Shown here piece by piece: positions 58,081 through 64,000 of a stretch of DNA of 64,000 nucleotides (its first letter is position 1; each line of letters begins with the position of its first letter). Position numbers and translations under genes: made by a program. The notes under the pieces are model-generated. The model was not told the origin of the DNA, did not search any database, and saw only the letters and a list, made by a program, of their open reading frames with translations. The DNA comes from Sedimentisphaeraceae bacterium JB056 (lineage in GTDB: Bacteria; Planctomycetota; Phycisphaerae; Sedimentisphaerales; Sedimentisphaeraceae), in contig JBITAJ010000016.1 in assembly GCA_044440125.1 (NCBI GenBank), positions 1-64,000 on the forward strand, given 5' to 3'.

Positions 58081-58887
58081 ATGGAGCAAATTTTAAAGAT
58101 GAAAGCTACTAATGTGTTTAAGATGAACGTGCTTTTCATTGTAATCGCTATATTAGCGGTACAGACAATTGCGGCAACAGATTTCGAAGACCTTTCTTTG
58201 GCAGCTGAAAGCCACTGGACACCTGGAGCAACGACAACATTCTCCAGCGGATCAAACACCTTCAACTATAACTTTACAGACTGGGGAGGCGGAATGACGT
58301 CATGGGATGGTATAACCTATTCTAATGAGACTGACGTTGTTACAGGTGATTACACTAATGATACAAGTGCATATGTCAGCTCTCCGGGCAATAACATATA
58401 TGGTATAACATATGTTAGCGGTTTTGCTGCCGAGCCAGCAAGGGTAGAGTTTGATTCAGCAGTTTCAAATGCGGGTATGTCAATAGCCAATACTACGTAT
58501 TCCTACCTTGCCATGGCAAATGGAAATGTAGGAACCGGTTCCAAGAAGTTTGGCGGTGAAACTGGTACGGATGAGGACTGGTTCAAACTTACAATATATG
58601 GCTGGTATGGCGATACCGCTACCGGAAGCTTTGATTTTTATCTTGCTGATTTCAGATCTGCTGACAGTGGAGATGATTACATAATTGACGATTGGACAGA
58701 TGTCGACCTCAGTTCCCTTGGTTTGGTTGACAGTCTTACTTTCGCACTTTCTTCAAGTGATAACGGCGATTTCGGCATGAATACACCATCTTATTTTGCA
58801 ATGGACAATGTCGTACCTGAGCCAGCTACAATGCTTATGTTCGGTATCGGCGCTGTAGGACTTATAAGAAAGCGTAAGTCCTGCTAA
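58081..58887 (+). CDS. DUF4465-domain protein with PEP-CTERM sorting signal
   Basis: Signal peptide; WDGITYSN, NTTYSY, DWFKLTI.G, FYLADFR and SSDNGDFGMNTPSYFAMD motifs; C-terminal VPEP-TM-RKRK; alternative start 58099. Confidence 0.85.
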   Translation: MEQILKMKATNVFKMNVLFIVIAILAVQTIAATDFEDLSLAAESHWTPGATTTFSSGSNTFNYNFTDWGGGMTSWDGITYSNETDVVTGDYTNDTSAYVSSPGNNIYGITYVSGFAAEPARVEFDSAVSNAGMSIANTTYSYLAMANGNVGTGSKKFGGETGTDEDWFKLTIYGWYGDTATGSFDFYLADFRSADSGDDYIIDDWTDVDLSSLGLVDSLTFALSSSDNGDFGMNTPSYFAMDNVVPEPATMLMFGIGAVGLIRKRKSC

Positions 58888-58929
58888 AATTGTCTTATTG
58901 ACATTTGGTGTTGTTTCTGATAAATATTG

Positions 58930-58965
58930 AGGAACATCCCGGATTTTACGGGATGTTCCTGTTTT
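58930..58965 (+). terminator. Intergenic hairpin (weak terminator or mRNA-stabilising stem)
   Basis: AGGAACATCCCG-7 nt-CGGGATGTTCCT followed by GTTTT. Confidence 0.6.
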
Positions 58966-58970
58966 ATAAA

Positions 58971-59783
58971 ATGATGAAGACAAAATCATACAAAGCATTT
59001 ACTCTTATAGAGTTACTTGTAGTAATAAGTATAATAGCACTTCTGATGAGCGTGCTTATGCCGGCTCTCGGTTCAGCCAGAGCCATAGCTAAAAAAGCTG
59101 TTTGCAAAAGTAATATAAGACAGATAGCTATTGCAAATAATCTCTATTCTCAAGAGAATGATGGCGAATTTGTATTAGCGGCTACGGATATTTATGCCTC
59201 CAGCGGCGGTCTGAGCCGTTGGCATGGTAAACGTGACAATGTGAATGAGGCTTTTGAGTTTACACGTTCAGATCTTTTCCCATATCTTCAAACCGACAGT
59301 ATAAAGGAATGTCCTGAAAAGGTAGATTTTATTGATGGTCAGACTTGGGACAGCGATTTTGAAAAGGGCGGCGGCGGATATGGCTATAATATGACCTATG
59401 TTGGTTCCGGGAGCTGGAGGGGCGGAACGGCAACTTATAACAAGGCGACAAAACAGTCTGATGTCTCTTGTCCCTCACAAACAGTTATGTTTGCAGACTC
59501 TGCGATGGCCAAACTGGATAAAGGGGTTCCTTATTTTCTTGAGTACTCATTCATAGAGCCTCCGTTTTTTGTTAGCAGGGGCATGGTTCAGAAGAATTGG
59601 GGCTATACTTCGCCAAGTATGCATTTCAGACACCGTCATAAGGCCAATATTGTGTGGGTTGATACGCATGTCAGTGAGTTGAATGCTGTGGCCTTTGATG
59701 AATTTAATGCTTATGGTGTCAAGTCATCGGATATGGGTCTTGGCTGGCCTGAGCTAAATAATTCACTGTTTGATCTTAAGTAA
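58971..59783 (+). CDS. Type-IV-pilin-like protein (prepilin N-terminal cleavage motif, DUF1559/H-X9-DG class)
   Basis: KA|FTLIELLVVISIIALLMSVLMPAL, CKSNIRQI..A...Y, YGYN and FRHRHKANIVWVDTH; start ATG 58971. Confidence 0.88.
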   Translation: MMKTKSYKAFTLIELLVVISIIALLMSVLMPALGSARAIAKKAVCKSNIRQIAIANNLYSQENDGEFVLAATDIYASSGGLSRWHGKRDNVNEAFEFTRSDLFPYLQTDSIKECPEKVDFIDGQTWDSDFEKGGGGYGYNMTYVGSGSWRGGTATYNKATKQSDVSCPSQTVMFADSAMAKLDKGVPYFLEYSFIEPPFFVSRGMVQKNWGYTSPSMHFRHRHKANIVWVDTHVSELNAVAFDEFNAYGVKSSDMGLGWPELNNSLFDLK

Positions 59784-59931
59784 AGTTTCTCAATAAAGTG
59801 CAAGCAATCTCGCTTTTTACGCAAAATATCCTCTATATACAATTCTCTCTTGGCGCAGGAGTCAGTTAAGTATATAATCAGCCTCATTGAGTGTTGTTTT
59901 TAGCTATTTTAATTCTCTTGATTGCCTGTAT

Positions 59932-61026
59932 ATGAAAAAAAAGGTTGCGATAATAACGGTTTACAAGGCAGGTTGGAAGACGGTTCGTAAAAGATGGGAA
60001 AAGTTTTTTGTTGATCAAGAAGATACGGAGTATTGTTTCTATCACCTTGAAGATTATTCCCGATTCATTAATTATTTGACTGTCAAGCTCGATAGGTTCA
60101 AGACTTTGTGGTACATAAGTGCCGGGAGAGCGGCAGTCAAGGCAGCCTTGAAAGATGGCTGCAGTCATATTCTTATAAACACATTTCACTATATACCTTT
60201 GATTCCTATAAAAGAGGGTGTAAAATATTTCACATATGGTGATGCGACGGCTATTCAGGTTGTTGCGCTGCAGCCAAGGAAATACAATGACAAGTCTGCA
60301 GAGGGAGCACTTCCTGATTCAATCGACCGGTTGTACAAGAAGGGGCTTAAAAGGCTTAATAAAGCCGATTGTATACATATTGGAATGAGTCAATGGTATA
60401 TTGACGGTCTTATAAATGATTATTGTGTGCCTAAAGAGAATACAGTTGTTATCCCCTTTGGACTTGATACTGATCTTTGGAAATCAGATGACAGTGGAAA
60501 AGATGCTAATGATGATGGTCTGAATATACTTTGTGTGGGAGCGCCTTTTAATATGAAAGGCGGGCCGCTGCTGCAGGAAATAAGTGAAATGCCCGAGTTT
60601 GCAAATTGCTGCTGGCATTTTGTTGCTTATGATGCACATTTTGAATCTGATGATCGCCGGAAATATTATACAAACATAACGGCAGATACACCGGAATTGC
60701 TTGATATATACAAGAAAAGCGATGTTATGGTGCTTCCTACGGCAGCTGACTGCAGTCCTAATGTAGCTATTGAGGCTGCCGCAATGGGGCTGCCCGTAAT
60801 AATTACCGATATTGGTGCTACGGGTGAGATCGTAGAAGACAAAAAGAGCGGTTTCTTGATTCCTGCTCCTCCTAAAAAAGATGATATTGTGAGAAAACTT
60901 CTCTGGTACATTGAAAACAGAGAAGTTCTCAAGCAGCATTCAGGAACGGCGAGGAAAATCGCATTAGAAAAATTTGATATAAATACGCATCTGAAAAAGG
61001 TTGGGGAGCTCATATCCGATTCGTAG
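59932..61026 (+). CDS. GT4-family glycosyltransferase
   Basis: KGG and DVMVLPT..D......EAAAMGLPVI...GFL motifs; start ATG 59932. Confidence 0.88.
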   Translation: MKKKVAIITVYKAGWKTVRKRWEKFFVDQEDTEYCFYHLEDYSRFINYLTVKLDRFKTLWYISAGRAAVKAALKDGCSHILINTFHYIPLIPIKEGVKYFTYGDATAIQVVALQPRKYNDKSAEGALPDSIDRLYKKGLKRLNKADCIHIGMSQWYIDGLINDYCVPKENTVVIPFGLDTDLWKSDDSGKDANDDGLNILCVGAPFNMKGGPLLQEISEMPEFANCCWHFVAYDAHFESDDRRKYYTNITADTPELLDIYKKSDVMVLPTAADCSPNVAIEAAAMGLPVIITDIGATGEIVEDKKSGFLIPAPPKKDDIVRKLLWYIENREVLKQHSGTARKIALEKFDINTHLKKVGELISDS

Positions 61027-61112
61027 AGAATATTTATAGAGTTCAGGTAAATAAAATATTTTACAATACACTTGACTGTTTGCGGTTTTTTCTACTATAA
61101 TCTCATACCTTA

Positions 61113-62288
61113 ATGACAAGTAATTCGAAAACAATACCTGGTGCGGTTTTACCTGATTTTACGTATATTGATACGGATTCTGCGGCTGACGATCTTATAG
61201 TTCTGATCAATGACAGTCAGTGGGCCGGTATTGATATAGAAGGCAGTTCACTTCACAGTTTCAGTGATAATGTATCTCTTGTACAGCTGTCACTTGAAAG
61301 TGGTATCTACATTGTTGATCCTTTAAGCGGTATTGATATGGCTGCTGTGCTAAGTGCAATTTCTGGTACTGAGCTCATATTGCATGGAGGTGATTATGAC
61401 CTTCGAATGCTGCTTGCTGATTATGGTTTCAGGCCTAAAAAGGCGGTTTTTGACACAATGCTTGGCGCAGAGCTGCTTGGTATTGAAAGCATAGGCCTTG
61501 CGGCAGTTGTTGAACTGTTTTTCGGTGAGAAAATGTGCAAAGCAGGTCAAAAATCCAATTGGACGCAGCGTCCGCTCACTCCTTCTCAGCTTAAGTATGC
61601 CAGCACAGATGTTGTTTATTTGAAAGAACTTAAGGACAGAATGTCTGGTCAGCTTGATGAACTTGGCAGATTGAGCTGGTGGAGCGAATCTAATGCAAGG
61701 CTTGTGGAAAGAAGCGGACAGAGCAAGGATGCGCCAACTAAGGAGCCGTGGCGGATTAAGGGTTCAAGAGACTTGTCCCCATCTGAGTTGCGCTATCTAA
61801 GAGCCATTTGGCAGTGGCGCAATGATATTGCAAAGAATCAGAATCGACCTGTTTTCAAAATATGCGGTAATGATGTCATTCTCAAGCTTTCTCTTTGGAT
61901 TGATGCTAATCCTGGTAAAAACCCTAAGAAATTCAATTCCCTTCCTAAAAGCTGTAGAGGAAAAAGCTATGAGCTGCTTTGTGAATATATCAAAAATGCA
62001 CGAAAACTTGAAAAAAGTGAATGGCCCTCACATGTAATCAGGCGACAAAGCTTCTGGGTTGAACCCGACAAAGAGCTTATTGATAAAATCCGTGAGTATG
62101 TAAGGAGCATAGCTGAAGATCTTGGTATAAAACCTCAACTCTTACTTACAAGAGCTAAAATGGAGGCAGTGGCAAGGTCAATGCCTCGAAGCGAGTCGCA
62201 AATAGCTGTTATTGCTGATCTTATGGCTTGGCAAAAAAATATAATAGCTCCTGCAATCCTTGATATTCTCGTAGAACATTCAGTTTGA
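61113..62288 (+). CDS. rnd: Ribonuclease D
   Basis: DIE, HGGDYD, FDT and NWTQRPL...YASTDV motifs, with HRDC domains. Confidence 0.88.
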   Translation: MTSNSKTIPGAVLPDFTYIDTDSAADDLIVLINDSQWAGIDIEGSSLHSFSDNVSLVQLSLESGIYIVDPLSGIDMAAVLSAISGTELILHGGDYDLRMLLADYGFRPKKAVFDTMLGAELLGIESIGLAAVVELFFGEKMCKAGQKSNWTQRPLTPSQLKYASTDVVYLKELKDRMSGQLDELGRLSWWSESNARLVERSGQSKDAPTKEPWRIKGSRDLSPSELRYLRAIWQWRNDIAKNQNRPVFKICGNDVILKLSLWIDANPGKNPKKFNSLPKSCRGKSYELLCEYIKNARKLEKSEWPSHVIRRQSFWVEPDKELIDKIREYVRSIAEDLGIKPQLLLTRAKMEAVARSMPRSESQIAVIADLMAWQKNIIAPAILDILVEHSV

Positions 62289-62507
62289 GAAACAACACCT
62301 TGTTTTTTTGTAGATTTTTCTTGCTCAGCGTTTTACATTTTGGAACAAATCTATATCATATCTGTCAAAGAACTTGTATATTTTTAATTCGGCAGATTAT
62401 ATTTGTGTCACTGATGCTAAATCCTGGCGTTTATCACAAATTCAACTTTGCTGATTGGAATGTTAATTTGATTTATAATTATAAAAGCGGATATTATGGA
62501 GTTATAT

Positions 62508-64000
62508 ATGATAGAATGCTTGGCCTCCTTGTCAGACATTTGTAAGAGAGTATTTTTAACGGCAATGATATGTGCTATTATCTGTTCTTTTGCGGTTGCC
62601 CAGGAGCAAGATGCTGCGAAAGCTGATAGTGCCGAAACATCCAAAGCTGACGGGGAACCCAATAAGTTGACAGATCGTCAGCTTAAGCTTATTGAGAGTT
62701 TGGGTATTGAATACGAAGAAGGCGAAGCATTTGAAGATATCATGGCCAGAGCACATGAGAATTATCGTAAAGATAAAGAGGCTAACGGCGTTGAGGCAAA
62801 ACAGTTCAGACCTGCCGAGGTAGGCGTTACTGCTGAGATGGAGGAAGTTCGCAAAGCTGCAGCAGAAAAGGCCCGTGAAGAATATGAGGCACGTCGTCGT
62901 CAGATGATTGAGGATAATAAAGCTAACATATCACCTGATGCTATGAAAATTCTCGATTCAGATGCTGCTCAAAAGGAAGAAGTTAAACAAGAGCTTAAGC
63001 AAGAGCAAGATGCTCAGCAGTCCGCTGATGTTGCAGATTCTGCTAATGCGGAGCCTGCCGATAAGGAAACCGAAACCGATTCAGTTTCTGACGAAGACAG
63101 GATGTTTGATGATGGAAACAAAGAGCTTGAGCTTACAATAACACTTCCGGAGAAAGTGGAGCTTACTGCTTTGATTGAGCTTGTAGGCAAGCAGCTTGGC
63201 CTCAACTATATCTATGACCCAGCAGAGGTCAAGGGTGAGGTTATGCTGAAGGTGCATAATGGAAAGATAAAAGTCAAAGATACTTATGCTCTGCTTGAGT
63301 CAGTTCTCAAATTCCGCGGCTTTGTAATGACAAGACGCGGTGATCTTGTTACCATAGTCCCTGCCGCAAAAGCAAACGAGATTGACCCGGTTATTATGGA
63401 TAATGGCGGGCCGGTTAAGCCAGGTGATGTTATCGTTACGAGTGTTTTCAGGCTTGAGAACATAACTACTGATATAGCTCAAAATCTTCTTTCGAGCATG
63501 AATCTCAGCTCGAATATAATATCGCTTCCCGAAACTCGTTCAATAATTGTTACAGGTTATGCGTACAGAATGAGCAGGATTGAGCAAATGCTGGCACTTG
63601 TTGATGTTCCGGGTGAGAGACGCGATTTCTCTTACAGGCGTCTGGAATATACACTCGCCTCCTCTGTTGTTGATAAAATCCAATCACTTGCCGAAAATCT
63701 TGGTACAGTTGATGTAACTATAGCTACCAGTTCAGATGGTGGTGGTCAGCCTTCAAGGCCTCAGCCTGTTCGTCGTGACAGTCGTGGCCGTATAATTCCG
63801 CAGCCAAAGACGCCGGCTCAACCTCAAGGCCCATCTACAGACGTGATACAATCGGAAACGGCTAAGTATGGGGTTTATCTTGATGTAGATGACCGTACCA
63901 ACCGTATACTGATGGTGGGAACAGAGGATGATATTATTGAGGTTAACAAACTTATTGATACTTTTGATGTTCCTAAACAAGATTTGAGAAGAATAGTCAA
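62508..64000 (+). CDS. gspD: Type II secretion secretin (GspD-like), 5' part; runs off the window
   Basis: Absent from the ORF track because it has no stop in the window. Partly translated by hand from ATG 62508 (GGAG RBS): signal peptide, acidic linker, N0 domain (VELTALIELVGKQLGLNYIYD...YALLESVL..RGF) and secretin-N repeat (DDRTNRILMVG...LIDTFDVP). Confidence 0.85.
   Translation, partial: MIECLASLSDICKRVFLTAMICAIICSFAVAQEQDAAKADSAETSKADGEPNKLTDRQLKLIESLGIEYEEGEAFEDIMARAHENYRKDKEANGVEAKQFRPAEVGVTAEMEEVRKAAAEKAREEYEARRRQMIEDNKANISPDAMKILDSDAAQKEEVKQELKQEQDAQQSADVADSANAEPADKETETDSVSDEDRMFDDGNKELELTITLPEKVELTALIELVGKQLGLNYIYDPAEVKGEVMLKVHNGKIKVKDTYALLESVLKFRGFVMTRRGDLVTIVPAAKANEIDPVIMDNGGPVKPGDVIVTSVFRLENITTDIAQNLLSSMNLSSNIISLPETRSIIVTGYAYRMSRIEQMLALVDVPGERRDFSYRRLEYTLASSVVDKIQSLAENLGTVDVTIATSSDGGGQPSRPQPVRRDSRGRIIPQPKTPAQPQGPSTDVIQSETAKYGVYLDVDDRTNRILMVGTEDDIIEVNKLIDTFDVPKQDLRRIV

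Noticed and set aside
59932..61026. GT4 glycosyltransferase as a fourth member of the B12 operon
   Set aside because: Separated by about 150 bp containing its own TATAAT-like site, with no functional link visible
1..64000. CRISPR arrays, tRNA/rRNA genes, prophage, retron or DGR components
   Set aside because: No repeat-spacer array, cloverleaf, phage structural gene, integrase or reverse transcriptase was recognised by eye; a covariance-model scan would be needed to exclude small RNAs

Overview
This is a gene-dense stretch of bacterial chromosome, mostly housekeeping and metabolic genes. The TPR/RpoA-CTD fusion, DUF1559-type pilin-like protein, EF-hand/dockerin-like tail and exosortase/PEP-CTERM system point to a Planctomycetota genome, probably Phycisphaerae/Sedimentisphaerales (inference). 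Main contents in order: an intact IS1182-family element (20-bp TIRs, 5-bp TSD); gdhA; paaK-ACT; ribBA-lipoprotein-ECF sigma-anti-sigma; a solitary KAP-NTPase/LRR fusion; a TPR + tandem alpha-CTD protein heading a spoIID-tgt run; a wza-exosortase-epsI-giant TPR-wzc-lspA operon; purE-pfk; mlaEF without mlaD; a ROK-associated pfp-uxuB-HAD-larA-like-pfkB-gnd operon; an unexplained structured RNA; a cobalamin riboswitch operon; rnd; and the 5' part of a type II secretion secretin missing from the ORF track. The best candidate for an undescribed system is the riboswitch operon. It encodes a BtuH-like/dockerin protein, a DUF4465-PEP-CTERM protein and a type-IV-pilin-like protein, but no TonB receptor or ABC transporter. 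No CRISPR array, tRNA or rRNA was seen. All family assignments come from reading motifs by eye; no database searches were run.
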